From a virus, in the IMG/VR virus record IMGVR_UViG_3300026183_000827: a stretch of 64,000 nt of DNA; one strand, given 5' to 3'. Below the pieces are notes generated by a model. The model was given only the letters and a program-made list of their open reading frames with translations. It ran no database searches and had not been told where the DNA came from. The translations under genes and the position numbers were made by a program. Positions 10,917 to 21,086 of the stretch are shown here, in pieces; within the stretch, counting starts at the first letter, position 1; each line of letters opens with the position of its first letter.

Positions 10917-11838
10917 TTTAGGAACAAGTCCAAATAAGGGCGACGGAGATCCGCTACGCACAGCATTCGACAAAGTCAACGATAACTTTGATGAATTATA
11001 TCTTGCTTTAGGAAATCCTTCCGGAGCAACAACAGATGTTTTGCCAAACACTAACGGTACTATAAATTTAGGTAGTGCAGATAAAGCGTGGGCAGACTTA
11101 CATGTTGCAGACTTTATCTACTTAAATGGTGCTAGAATCGAAGTTACAGCAGGAGGCGCATTACTTGTAAATGGTGGCGCACCTGCAGAAGTACAAGATA
11201 CTGTAGGCAGTGTATTTGGCGACGATTCAACACTACTTGTAGATGGTGTTAATTCGCAAATTGTTGGAGATTATTACGGAACACTCAGAAACCAAAATTG
11301 GATGGCAGCATATGATGGATTTCTAACTATTGCAAATGGTGGCTCTACTGGTCCAGGACCTATTCAAATTGTAGCATCAGCAAATTTAGATCTTTCTGCA
11401 GGCGCGGGACAAGTAATTAATGCAAATAGAAATATTGTAGCAGCAGAAGGTGTAACTGGCGATGTAACTGGTAACGTTTCGGGTAATATTACAGGTGATG
11501 TCAAAGGTAGCGTGTTTGGCGACGATAGTACACTATTAGTTGACGCAGTAAATAGCGTTATACCTAAAGCAGTAGTAGAAGATAGTGCAAATTGGGACAC
11601 AGCGTACAGCTGGGGAGACCATAGTGTTGCAGGTTACTTAACTACATTTACAGAAACAGATCCTATAGTAGGTGCTGTCAACGGTATTGTAAAAGCAGAC
11701 GGCGCAGGCAATATTACAGCAGCAGTTGCAGGAACTGATTATATTGTTTCTGAAACAATTGACTTGGCAACACTTAAAACAGAAGTAGCAGCAAGTGTAG
11801 ATTTTACAGACTTCCAAACTAGGATAGCGGCGCTTTAA
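10897..11838 (+). CDS. Virion structural/fibre protein
   Basis: GGAG RBS before ATG 10897; gp9/10-like N-terminus GDGDPLRTAFDKVNDNF; two GSVFGDDSTLLVD repeats. Confidence 0.75.
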   Translation: MAKQIIDLGTSPNKGDGDPLRTAFDKVNDNFDELYLALGNPSGATTDVLPNTNGTINLGSADKAWADLHVADFIYLNGARIEVTAGGALLVNGGAPAEVQDTVGSVFGDDSTLLVDGVNSQIVGDYYGTLRNQNWMAAYDGFLTIANGGSTGPGPIQIVASANLDLSAGAGQVINANRNIVAAEGVTGDVTGNVSGNITGDVKGSVFGDDSTLLVDAVNSVIPKAVVEDSANWDTAYSWGDHSVAGYLTTFTETDPIVGAVNGIVKADGAGNITAAVAGTDYIVSETIDLATLKTEVAASVDFTDFQTRIAAL

Positions 11839-11845
11839 GCAGATA

Positions 11846-11854
11846 CGATAAATA
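11846..11854 (+). promoter_or_regulatory. Late promoter CGATAAATA
   Basis: Recurrent intergenic motif before structural genes. Confidence 0.65.
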
Positions 11855-11878
11855 TATTAAATAACAGGATTTATAAGA

Positions 11879-14416
11879 ATGGCAAATAGATTTCCACTAA
11901 TACTAGACACAACAGATGGTAATAAAATTAAAGAATTGCCAGACGGAGATAATCTTGATTTAACTAACAGTAGCATAACAAGTGTTAACGATATTACATC
12001 AGCTGGTACAATAAGCACACAAGAACTTCTTGTTAGAGGTAATACTGTTGCTCCTGTTGAATTTTCTGATCTAGTAGACACTCCAGACAATTTTACAGGC
12101 TCTGCAAATTATTTTGTAAAAGTTAATGCGGCAGGCACCGGCATAGAATTTAGACCGTTGAGCGATATTGGTAATATCGATGTTGAAGGTATTAATATAA
12201 GTGGTGATATTATTCCTACTGATAACGGATCGCAAAATATAGGAAGTGACGATTTTAAATTTAATAAAATTAGAGTTCAGCAATTAGCCGGTAATCTTGT
12301 TGATACAACCGGAAGTGTTGTTTTTGATTATGATACAGGTAAAATAACTTATGCAGCACTACAAGGCGCTCCTCAATTTTTATCTGAATTTACAGACGAT
12401 GTTGGATATTTAAGAACTGCTGATTTAGATGACACTCTAGGTACGTTATTCGGTTCAGAACCTTTTGTTTCAGATCTTAAAGGTAGTGTTGTTGCTGACG
12501 ATTCTACCGTTATAATCGATGGAGTAGCAGGACTTGTTGTTGGTGATATACAAAACGATTTTACTCAATCTAATGAAATTGTTGTTGGTGACTTAACAGT
12601 TACAAATGTGGATGTTAACGGAACATTTGTTTTTAGTGGTGCTCAAGCAGTCGGATTAACCATTCAAGATAGTATAACAGGTGTAGGTGGACTTGTACTA
12701 ACAACTAATGGATCATTATTACAAGAACTTATTAACATTTCTCCAGCACTAGCAGACGGTGAAGTTAATATTGATGCAAATAAAATTAGATTACTAGGTG
12801 ATGTTTCAGAACCTATTACAGCTAGTGGCGGATTTGTAGGCGACCTTACTGGTTCTGTTGTATCGGATAACAGTACAGTTATTATAGACGGCGTTGCCGG
12901 AAAAATTGTAGCACCAAATGTAACAGGTACAGCAACATTTGAAGATAATGTAATTGTTGTAGGAAACCTAACAGTACAAGGTTCGACTACTAGTGTAGAA
13001 ACAACTAATACAACCATCACTGATAATATTATTACACTTAATGATGGTGAAACTGGTGCAGGAGTATCATTAGGAACAGCAGGAATTGAGATCGATCGTG
13101 GTACCAATCCTAACGTATCTTTTGTTTGGAGTGAAGCTGATAGTTATTTTACTACAGAAACAAATAATTTAAATGGGAACATTGTTTCTGCAACAACTCG
13201 TTTTGAAGGTGCGCTTACAGGTAATGTAACTGGCGATGTAACAGGTGACCTAACTGGTGATTCTGCAGGTACACACACAGGACCTGTAGTAGGCATAGTG
13301 ACAGGTTACTTGATTGGTGACATGACAGGTTCTGTATTTGCCGATGATAGTACAGTTATAGTAGATGCTGTTAATAACTCTATAAATGCTACAACCGCAG
13401 ATCTTCCAATTATAATTGGTGGACAAATCAATCCATCAGATGGCGGCACAATATCTTTGGGCGGATCGTTTGGCAGTGTAAGCTATAATGATAGTTCTGG
13501 TAATATACAAATTGCAACAACAGGTACAACTAGTATAATTGGTGCTGCTTCGGGTGCTATTAACATCGGAACAAGCACAAGTGGAACAGTAACTATCGGT
13601 AATGGTACTAACACTATAGATATTAATACTGGTTCAACTTTAGATTTATCAGGAGTTACAGTTACAGGCGCAACATTTAATCTATCAGGTGATATCGACA
13701 ACTCGGCTGAACTTGATATAGGTGGAACTAATGCTACTGCTGTTAATATTGGTAGGGCAGGAATTACAACAACAATAAACGGTACTGTAAGTTTTGCAAG
13801 TGCTCTTATTGCAAATAATATTACAGCAGACGACAGTATACAAATTACAACAGCAGTTGGGTCTAATAATGCAATTACAATTAGGCCTCAAGGTACTAAT
13901 AATTCTATTAACTTAACTTCAGATACAATTAATATTAATGGAACTGTAGGTACTTCATTTACAGTAAATGGCGTCATAACTGGTGACATTAAAGGTAGTA
14001 TTTTTGCAGACGATTCAACATTACTTGTAGATAGTGTAAATGGGATTATACCTAAAGCAAATATACAAGATAGCACTAATTGGGATACAGCACACGGATG
14101 GGGAGATCATGCAGGCGCTGGATATTTAACTAGTGTAGCATTTGGCGATCTTACGTCAACACCTTCAACGCTTGCAGGTTACGGTATTATCGATGCTGCA
14201 ACATCAGCACAAGGTGCTCTTGCAGATAGTGCTTTACAAGAAGGCGACAAATTTGATGTGATAGGTTCTGTTTTTGCAGACGATTCAACTGTTCTTGTTG
14301 ATGCACTAACTGGGACTATACCAGGTTATGTAAGTATTGAAGATCTAAAAACAGCATTACAAGATGGCGCTGGAGACTATGCTGCATTTAAAGCATGGGT
14401 ACTAGCAAATCTATAA
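11879..14416 (+). CDS. Virion fibre protein with repeated GSVxxDDST modules
   Basis: Gly/Thr/Asp-rich beta-fibre composition, five GSV(F/V)ADDST-like repeats, GNVTGDVTG repeats. Confidence 0.75.
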   Translation: MANRFPLILDTTDGNKIKELPDGDNLDLTNSSITSVNDITSAGTISTQELLVRGNTVAPVEFSDLVDTPDNFTGSANYFVKVNAAGTGIEFRPLSDIGNIDVEGINISGDIIPTDNGSQNIGSDDFKFNKIRVQQLAGNLVDTTGSVVFDYDTGKITYAALQGAPQFLSEFTDDVGYLRTADLDDTLGTLFGSEPFVSDLKGSVVADDSTVIIDGVAGLVVGDIQNDFTQSNEIVVGDLTVTNVDVNGTFVFSGAQAVGLTIQDSITGVGGLVLTTNGSLLQELINISPALADGEVNIDANKIRLLGDVSEPITASGGFVGDLTGSVVSDNSTVIIDGVAGKIVAPNVTGTATFEDNVIVVGNLTVQGSTTSVETTNTTITDNIITLNDGETGAGVSLGTAGIEIDRGTNPNVSFVWSEADSYFTTETNNLNGNIVSATTRFEGALTGNVTGDVTGDLTGDSAGTHTGPVVGIVTGYLIGDMTGSVFADDSTVIVDAVNNSINATTADLPIIIGGQINPSDGGTISLGGSFGSVSYNDSSGNIQIATTGTTSIIGAASGAINIGTSTSGTVTIGNGTNTIDINTGSTLDLSGVTVTGATFNLSGDIDNSAELDIGGTNATAVNIGRAGITTTINGTVSFASALIANNITADDSIQITTAVGSNNAITIRPQGTNNSINLTSDTININGTVGTSFTVNGVITGDIKGSIFADDSTLLVDSVNGIIPKANIQDSTNWDTAHGWGDHAGAGYLTSVAFGDLTSTPSTLAGYGIIDAATSAQGALADSALQEGDKFDVIGSVFADDSTVLVDALTGTIPGYVSIEDLKTALQDGAGDYAAFKAWVLANL

Positions 14417-14427
14417 CGGAGATATAA

Positions 14428-15156
14428 ATGGCTATAGAATTAATTAACATAGGGCAAATAGCAAATGACGGAACAGGAGATGATCTCCGTGAAGCATTTA
14501 TAAAAGTTAATGCAAACTTTGAAGATCTTGATCTTCGTGATAATGAAAAAACAACAGTTACTAATTTAGGATCTGGCGAGGGTATTTTTGATAATATTGT
14601 TAACTATGATATTAAATTAAAAAGTATTAGTGCAGGCGACGGAATTGGTATAGAAGCTACTCCTACTGGAGAAATACAAATATCAAATATAACAGAGTCA
14701 TTTAACGAAATAATAGTAGAATCTAATAATCGTCAAGAGATGACATTATCTACAACCGATAGATTTAAATTATATGCAGGTGTTGGTTTATCAACTAGTA
14801 TAGATCCTGTTGCAAAAATTATGAGGATCGATAATACAAAGACTACTAGAGTAATACAAGACACAGACCCTACTCTAGGTGGCGATTTGGATGCAGATGC
14901 TCATAATATTTTAAGTGCTAACAACATTCAAGCAAATACTTTTACAGGTAATCTTATAGGTAATGTCACAGGTTTAATAAATGGCTACGATCCTTCTACT
15001 ATTGCACCTTATTTTGACAATTATTTTGATTTTGGAGAAATGGGAAGAACAGTAAACGGTATTATCGATTGGCTTATTGAAGATGCTGATGTAGATTTTG
15101 GAACATTCCCACTTCCTGATCCAAGGACAATTGATCTAGGCGCAATCGCAGATTAA
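14428..15156 (+). CDS. Baseplate/tail structural protein
   Basis: gp9/10-like N-terminus NDGTGDDLREAFIKVNANF; DTDPTLGGDLD fibre motif. Confidence 0.75.
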   Translation: MAIELINIGQIANDGTGDDLREAFIKVNANFEDLDLRDNEKTTVTNLGSGEGIFDNIVNYDIKLKSISAGDGIGIEATPTGEIQISNITESFNEIIVESNNRQEMTLSTTDRFKLYAGVGLSTSIDPVAKIMRIDNTKTTRVIQDTDPTLGGDLDADAHNILSANNIQANTFTGNLIGNVTGLINGYDPSTIAPYFDNYFDFGEMGRTVNGIIDWLIEDADVDFGTFPLPDPRTIDLGAIAD

Positions 15157-15160
15157 CGCT

Positions 15161-15169
15161 CGATAAATA
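15161..15169 (+). promoter_or_regulatory. Late promoter CGATAAATA
   Basis: Recurrent intergenic motif. Confidence 0.65.
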
Positions 15170-15191
15170 CTGTTACAAAAGGAAAAACAAT

Positions 15192-18100
15192 ATGGCAGAA
15201 CCTGGCAGTATTTGGACAGTTGGTACTGGATACAAAATTACAACTTTAATAGAAAGATCTACAGTAAGCATTCGCTTACCTTTAGTTTCTTATTTACAAA
15301 ATCCTAGTGCTGAATTAATTTCGGGTTCTTTACCTCGTGGGTGTAGACTAGAAGGATTATACATAGTAGGAACTGCATACGAAGTTATTAGAGACACGTC
15401 ATATAAATTTACAATACGTGTATATCATGAAGATATATTTGAAGATAGAACTTTAGAAATTGTTGTAAGTGGACCAGATGAACCAATTTGGTTAACAAAT
15501 GAAGGATTGTTACCAGTAGGATCAAATGAACAACTTTTTATACTCGATAACTCAATAATAGACTATCAATTAATAGCAACAGATCCTGATATTTCTGCAG
15601 GAGACGAGTTAGAATATTTTATTGCAGAAGGAGATGGCCAATTACCGCCCGGTATATCTTTAACTGAAGATGGTAGACTTACCGGAATAGTTGAGCCTTT
15701 ATTAGCATTAGATCAGCGAACAGAACGAGGTGGATACGATGCAGCACCATACGGAAATTTGCCTATAGATTTTGCAGCATTGTCTAATAATGGTTACGGA
15801 AGTTATTTTTACGATAGTGAAGTCTTTGATTTTAATACAACTACTAACCAGCCAAAAAAACTTAATAGATACTATCCTTTCAGAGTAACTGTAACAGACG
15901 GTGACACTTTTACCACAAGAGAGTTTAAAATATATCTTGTCGGTGATGATTATTTAAAATCTGATAACACTCTAATGCATGCAGGTACTGGCGTATTTAC
16001 ATCGGATGCAACAAATGTAAGAACACCAGTATGGCTTACACCTAATAATTTAGGTTATAAAAGAGCAGATAATTTTGTAATTTTACCAATCGAAACTATT
16101 GAAAACGATCAACTGGAAGGCATTGTACGTTATACACTAGAAGATATAAACAATGACGGTACACCTAGTGTTTTACCTACAGGATTAAATTTAGATTATT
16201 CTACAGGAACAATTACAGGCTATTTGCCATACCAACCTGCTGTAGTAAAAGATCATAAATTTACACTACGTGCAACAAGACTAACTTTTGATTTAGAAAC
16301 TGTAGAAATATTTGGAACATATTATGAAGATGTTTTATTAGGAAATTCTAGTTTTAAAATTTATAAAACTGATTTAACAGGGTTAGATGACGGCGTTAAC
16401 GACTTGTTAGCACTGAGAGGCAGACAAATTTTAATAAAAAATAGATTGTATAATGTTATAAACGTAGATGATTCTAATACAGACTATGATGTAATATTTT
16501 TAGATGAAACATTGGCTCCTGAAATAAGTTTAGTTGTTTCTCAAACAGCAAAAACAGGCCAGTCTTATTTTTTTGCTAATAGATTAGGATTAAAAGAAAA
16601 AGAAAAATATAAAAATAGAACATTAAAATTCTCAGAAACAGAAAAATACACAATTGGAAGTATTGTTCCTTACATCGAATATGATGTTGTTCAAATCAGT
16701 CCGCAGAATAATCCAATATTTCCTTATTATGCACCTAGTAATATTGAAATAGGCGAAAGTTATTTTGTAGACGACTATGTTATATACGACGAAAACTTAG
16801 GTGGTAATGGATTTATATATAAATGTGTTGAAGCACATACTACTGAAGCACAGATAGACGGCGACGGAGATTTTATTTTAGATGCTAATGGTAATCAGCA
16901 AATAATATTTGAAGGTGCAAAATGGACACAAGTTGCAGAGACATTAGAAGAATTAAGTTTATCTAATAGGCTCACAGTAACTAGGCAGGCAATACAAAGA
17001 GAATATGGCGGGCCGGTTTATATTACAGCTAAAGATGACAGAGTTTGGAATGTTAAACTACCTAGTACAAGTTTAACAAGAATTAAGCAAAATATAAGTC
17101 AATTTTTTAAAGGTGCCGACAGTTCAGACTTTAGAATAGATTTAATAAGAGATAATGAAGATCGAATCGAATTAGATATTAATTTACAAAGCAATCTAAA
17201 TCAAGGAAGAAATATAGGTATTGCATTATTCCAAAAGGACTTTTTCAGTAAAAATATTGTTATATCAAATAGGGACGAAGTAGATATACCAAGCTCAATA
17301 AAAACCTTTGAACTTAAAACAATTGGTGAAATAGATAGTACTATTGCTTGGATTACCGATAGTGATTTAGGTACTATTGCAGCAAACTTACAAAGCACAT
17401 TAAGTGTTAAGGCTGAAAGTACAGTACCTGATACAAAAATGATATATTCAATTGTAAGCGGTAAACTGCCAAATGGGATGTCTCTTACATATGACGGGGA
17501 AATTATAGGTGTTCCTAGACAATATCAAAATTCAGATGGCTCAGGTTTAACATATTTCGACGGTGATGCAACTTGGGATGGTGTATTTCCGGGAGATACG
17601 TCATTTGATAGACAATTTAAGTTTACGGTACAAGCAAGAGACAGATTTAATTACGCTACTCTAACAAGAGAATTTGTTTTAGTTGTAGAGGATAATGATA
17701 ATACAAAGTATACTAAAATATATATGAAACCTATGCTAAAAGAAACAGAAAGAAGCTATTTGCAATCTTTTACTAGCAATTCAGATATATTTGAGCCAGA
17801 GAAAATCTATAGACCTCAAGACCCTGAATTTGGAATACAAACTGATTTAGAACTTTTAGTGTACTCTGGAATAGAAGCAAAGGATATAAACAATTTTGTT
17901 TCAGCTGCTGCAAAAAATCACAAAAGAAAGAAATATATTCTAGGAAGTTTACAATCTGCTTTTGCAAAATTGCCAGGCACAAATGATGTTATCTATGAAG
18001 TAGTTTATATTCCTGTAATAGATCCTGCTAATGCTTCAAAAGGAACAACAGCAAAATCTTTTAAAATAAACACTACTAAAAAAATTACAGTAGACAGTAT

Positions 18101-18713
18101 GCTTTATAATACAAAAGATGATGTTACTAAAACAGGAGCAGGATATGATGCACTACCTATTTACGGAAGAAATACAGTAAAATTTATACAAATAGATAAT
18201 AGCGAAATTGTAATAGAAACTAAAGATCAAACATTATCAGTTGATGCAGATGAAAGCGATTTTGAAATAGTAATCCGTAGTACCGATAATGTAACGATTG
18301 AATTACAAATAACAGATTCAGAGCCTTATAAAATACAACCTCAACCTATAAACACAATAAAAGTAGATTCTAATGCAATTAATATAAGTCAAAGTAAAGA
18401 TAATTTGAAATATATTAGTAGCTTAGATAATATGAGAGATAACATATCAACTATTGGAAAAACTAAAAGAAGCTACTTGCCTTTGTGGATGAGAACTCCG
18501 CAAGTAGGTTTACAAGAATTAGATTACATTCCTGCAATACCGTTATGCTATTGTAAACCAGGATATGCAGCAGACATAATTAGAAATCTTAACGGATACA
18601 ATTTTGATCCTAAAAAACTTAACTACGACATAGATAGATATATTGTAAAGTCTGCAAATGATAAAGAAAATGAAACTTTTATATTATTTGCAAATTATCA
18701 ATTTAATGAATAA
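15192..18713 (+). CDS. Baseplate-associated protein with putative Ig-like repeats
   Basis: Repeated G-x-LP-x-G(L/I/M)xL...G-x-(I/L)xG motifs (He_PIG-like); structural-gene context. Confidence 0.7.
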   Translation: MAEPGSIWTVGTGYKITTLIERSTVSIRLPLVSYLQNPSAELISGSLPRGCRLEGLYIVGTAYEVIRDTSYKFTIRVYHEDIFEDRTLEIVVSGPDEPIWLTNEGLLPVGSNEQLFILDNSIIDYQLIATDPDISAGDELEYFIAEGDGQLPPGISLTEDGRLTGIVEPLLALDQRTERGGYDAAPYGNLPIDFAALSNNGYGSYFYDSEVFDFNTTTNQPKKLNRYYPFRVTVTDGDTFTTREFKIYLVGDDYLKSDNTLMHAGTGVFTSDATNVRTPVWLTPNNLGYKRADNFVILPIETIENDQLEGIVRYTLEDINNDGTPSVLPTGLNLDYSTGTITGYLPYQPAVVKDHKFTLRATRLTFDLETVEIFGTYYEDVLLGNSSFKIYKTDLTGLDDGVNDLLALRGRQILIKNRLYNVINVDDSNTDYDVIFLDETLAPEISLVVSQTAKTGQSYFFANRLGLKEKEKYKNRTLKFSETEKYTIGSIVPYIEYDVVQISPQNNPIFPYYAPSNIEIGESYFVDDYVIYDENLGGNGFIYKCVEAHTTEAQIDGDGDFILDANGNQQIIFEGAKWTQVAETLEELSLSNRLTVTRQAIQREYGGPVYITAKDDRVWNVKLPSTSLTRIKQNISQFFKGADSSDFRIDLIRDNEDRIELDINLQSNLNQGRNIGIALFQKDFFSKNIVISNRDEVDIPSSIKTFELKTIGEIDSTIAWITDSDLGTIAANLQSTLSVKAESTVPDTKMIYSIVSGKLPNGMSLTYDGEIIGVPRQYQNSDGSGLTYFDGDATWDGVFPGDTSFDRQFKFTVQARDRFNYATLTREFVLVVEDNDNTKYTKIYMKPMLKETERSYLQSFTSNSDIFEPEKIYRPQDPEFGIQTDLELLVYSGIEAKDINNFVSAAAKNHKRKKYILGSLQSAFAKLPGTNDVIYEVVYIPVIDPANASKGTTAKSFKINTTKKITVDSMLYNTKDDVTKTGAGYDALPIYGRNTVKFIQIDNSEIVIETKDQTLSVDADESDFEIVIRSTDNVTIELQITDSEPYKIQPQPINTIKVDSNAINISQSKDNLKYISSLDNMRDNISTIGKTKRSYLPLWMRTPQVGLQELDYIPAIPLCYCKPGYAADIIRNLNGYNFDPKKLNYDIDRYIVKSANDKENETFILFANYQFNE

Positions 18714-18724
18714 GGATTTAAAAC

Positions 18725-19252
18725 ATGTTTTTACGATCTACCGAAAATTATAGCGTATTATGTGCTCCGAGAAGTGGACACTTTAGTATGTACAATTACT
18801 TTGGATTGAACTATTTAACAGAACCAGATTCATCAGGAAAACGTAAATTAAGTTCTTCAGGTAACGTAGGAGAATGGCTAAATTCTGAATCTAAAAATAA
18901 AATACTTGTTATTAGGAATCCTTATTCAAGATTACAGTCTGCAATTAAACATACAGAAAATATGAACAAAGGCGATGATTGGACTAAAAGTCATTCAGGA
19001 TTGTTTCTTGAACAGATTAGTTTTACAAAAGTTGACTTTGAAATTATTAAATTTGAAAAATACAACGACTACGTTACAGAATACGGTCCACACGTAATTA
19101 CTACACATTCTAATTGCAGAAATTGGCAACCAATGTTTGAACGCTATTATTCAAAAAAACAAATGGATGCAGAATTTGCTGCTTATAGAAAAATTCTTTC
19201 TGAAAGAAAAGAGATTTCAGTAGATAAATGGAAAAAACTTACTTCAGAATAA
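18725..19252 (+). CDS. Sulfotransferase-like protein
   Basis: 5'-PSB-like APRSGHFS and 3'-PB-like IRNPYSRLQS. Confidence 0.55.
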   Translation: MFLRSTENYSVLCAPRSGHFSMYNYFGLNYLTEPDSSGKRKLSSSGNVGEWLNSESKNKILVIRNPYSRLQSAIKHTENMNKGDDWTKSHSGLFLEQISFTKVDFEIIKFEKYNDYVTEYGPHVITTHSNCRNWQPMFERYYSKKQMDAEFAAYRKILSERKEISVDKWKKLTSE

Positions 19253-19272
19253 ATTATAATAGAAGCACTATA

Positions 19273-19281
19273 CGATAAATA
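19273..19281 (+). promoter_or_regulatory. Late promoter CGATAAATA
   Basis: Recurrent intergenic motif before a GAGG RBS. Confidence 0.65.
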
Positions 19282-19299
19282 ATACAAAGAGGAAACATC

Positions 19300-19881
19300 A
19301 TGAGCAATATAGTAGCAACAACAATTGACGCAGCATATCCGGTAGCCGGGGTAGATAACGATACTCAAGGGTTTCGTGATAATTTCCAAATCATTAAAGA
19401 TGGATTAACAACTGCCGCTACAGAAATTACTACACTAGAAGATAGCACTGCAAAACTAAATGCCGAGAATAACTTTAACGGTACACTTCTTACAAATGGC
19501 ACACTTAATGCAAGCACCGAATCCTTTTCCTCTGTCGGTAATGTTTCATCAGAACAAGAAATTAGTTTTACTAACGGAATGTATCAAAGTATTAGATTTG
19601 CTGAAGAAGCAGCCGGAACAACTATAAGTTTAACATTATCAAATTTCCCAGCAGATGGTGACAGGGTAGCCAAATTTAGATTACAGTTTTTTGGTACAGA
19701 AGGTGAGCCTGTAACTGTAAATTTTTCAGCCCTAGGCGGAGCAACAATTTATAAATCTCCAAATTGGCCAGCAAACTTTTTAGTAGACAGTCCAACTAAT
19801 CCAATAATCGTAGACTTTTGGTCGTATGATGGCGGCAATTCTTATGTGTTTGGAGAATACTTAGGAAGGTTTGAACCTTAA
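19300..19881 (+). CDS. Probable virion structural protein
   Basis: N-terminal YPVAGVDNDTQGFRDNF followed by a coiled coil; late promoter upstream. Confidence 0.6.
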   Translation: MSNIVATTIDAAYPVAGVDNDTQGFRDNFQIIKDGLTTAATEITTLEDSTAKLNAENNFNGTLLTNGTLNASTESFSSVGNVSSEQEISFTNGMYQSIRFAEEAAGTTISLTLSNFPADGDRVAKFRLQFFGTEGEPVTVNFSALGGATIYKSPNWPANFLVDSPTNPIIVDFWSYDGGNSYVFGEYLGRFEP

Positions 19882-20117
19882 TGCACCCGTTGATTAACGA
19901 TGCTAACCAATTATCCGAGTCTGAGTTGGAAGAAAAAATCTTTAAACTTAACAGAGTTTATCATATTACTTCTAACGAACAGACTAGACATCAAATTATT
20001 CTTGCTCTTGACACATATAAAATTGCTTTAGAAGAAAAACGACAAGAACAAAAAAAATTACAGCAAGAACAAAATCAAGGCAATTCTGATCTTGACAATC
20101 TTATAAATGTATCGTAA
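19881..20117 (+). CDS. Hypothetical coiled-coil protein
   Basis: TAATG-coupled ORF. Confidence 0.7.
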   Translation: MHPLINDANQLSESELEEKIFKLNRVYHITSNEQTRHQIILALDTYKIALEEKRQEQKKLQQEQNQGNSDLDNLINVS

Positions 20118-20120
20118 AAT
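20092..20120 (+). promoter_or_regulatory. Sigma70-type early promoter
   Basis: TTGACA-17 nt-TAAAAT, with the ATG 6 nt downstream. Confidence 0.7.
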
Positions 20121-20126
20121 ACATAT

Positions 20127-20648
20127 ATGCTTATGAAAACTGACGAACTAGGTATACCAAGATTCTCTAATCGTGATCTTATCGATATGATTTATTCTGG
20201 CCAAACAGATAAAATTCATGTGGTTTTGTGTGAACCTACTGATGAAATAGAAAAATTCAATAGTGCAATGGAAGAACAAGGTATGGGTCCATTGCAGAAA
20301 TATATTCCACTAGATGTAGATCAAAAGACTTTTGACGGTGTATGTCAAGGTGAATGGTTTATGCCTGAAGAATATAAGAACATGGACATATATTCATGGG
20401 TAGAACAAAGATGTCAAACACACAAAGAAGTTGATAGAATTGATGAAGAATTTATTGCGTATGAAGAAAAAGGTTTATTAGACTTATTACGCTATATGGT
20501 ATATCTTGTAGACTTTATGCGTGAGAATGACATTGTATGGGGTGTAGGCAGAGGATCAAGTGTAGCAAGTTATGTATTATACATAATAGGTGTACATAAA
20601 ATAAATTCAATCCAGTTTGACCTGGATTGGCGAGAGTTTTTACGATAA
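20127..20648 (+). CDS. DNA polymerase III alpha (DnaE) fragment, mini/split form
   Basis: WGVGRGSSVASYVLYIIGVHKIN matches the DnaE GRGS motif; the ORF stops before the catalytic PDIDxD. Confidence 0.8.
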   Translation: MLMKTDELGIPRFSNRDLIDMIYSGQTDKIHVVLCEPTDEIEKFNSAMEEQGMGPLQKYIPLDVDQKTFDGVCQGEWFMPEEYKNMDIYSWVEQRCQTHKEVDRIDEEFIAYEEKGLLDLLRYMVYLVDFMRENDIVWGVGRGSSVASYVLYIIGVHKINSIQFDLDWREFLR

Positions 20649-20651
20649 ATA
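20643..20651 (+). promoter_or_regulatory. Late promoter CGATAAATA
   Basis: Overlaps the dnaE-fragment stop; AGGAG RBS follows. Confidence 0.6.
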
Positions 20652-20678
20652 TATACGTATATAATAGGAGAAGGCAAA

Positions 20679-21086
20679 ATGGCCAAAGGTAGAAAAACAT
20701 ATAGAAGCATGCGAGGTAAAGCCGTTGACATGGATCTATTAATGAAAAAGAATGAACTAACTCCGGCTGTTGGTAATGCAAAAGTAAACGCCCGAGGTGA
20801 TCGTTTGGGACCAGGCGGACAAATTGTAAAAAAGCGTGAAGATCTAATTAAAGAATATTACGATCAGGTTGGATCAGTAAAACAATCTAGTGGCAAGCCA
20901 GCACCTACGCCAACAGAAGAAGTTCAAGAATCAGTAGTTGAAGAGAAACCAGCTAAAAAAACTACAAAAAAAGTAGAACCAAAAGTTGAGTTAACTACTG
21001 AAGAACAAGAAATGTTCGATGAAGCTGAAGCACAAGATGAATGGATAGAAGACGCAGACGGAAATTTTGTAAGAAAAGGTGAATAA
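20679..21086 (+). CDS. Hypothetical phage protein
   Basis: AGGAG RBS; basic N-terminus and acidic C-terminus. Confidence 0.75.
   Translation: MAKGRKTYRSMRGKAVDMDLLMKKNELTPAVGNAKVNARGDRLGPGGQIVKKREDLIKEYYDQVGSVKQSSGKPAPTPTEEVQESVVEEKPAKKTTKKVEPKVELTTEEQEMFDEAEAQDEWIEDADGNFVRKGE

Noticed and set aside
10897-14416. Possible diversity-generating retroelement (TR/VR) from repeated segments in fibre genes
   Set aside because: The repeats are degenerate at synonymous positions rather than adenine-specific, and no reverse transcriptase is present in the window.
20640-21086. Frameshifted continuation of dnaE
   Set aside because: No PDIDxD motif is visible downstream, and the next ORF has its own promoter and SD and is unrelated.
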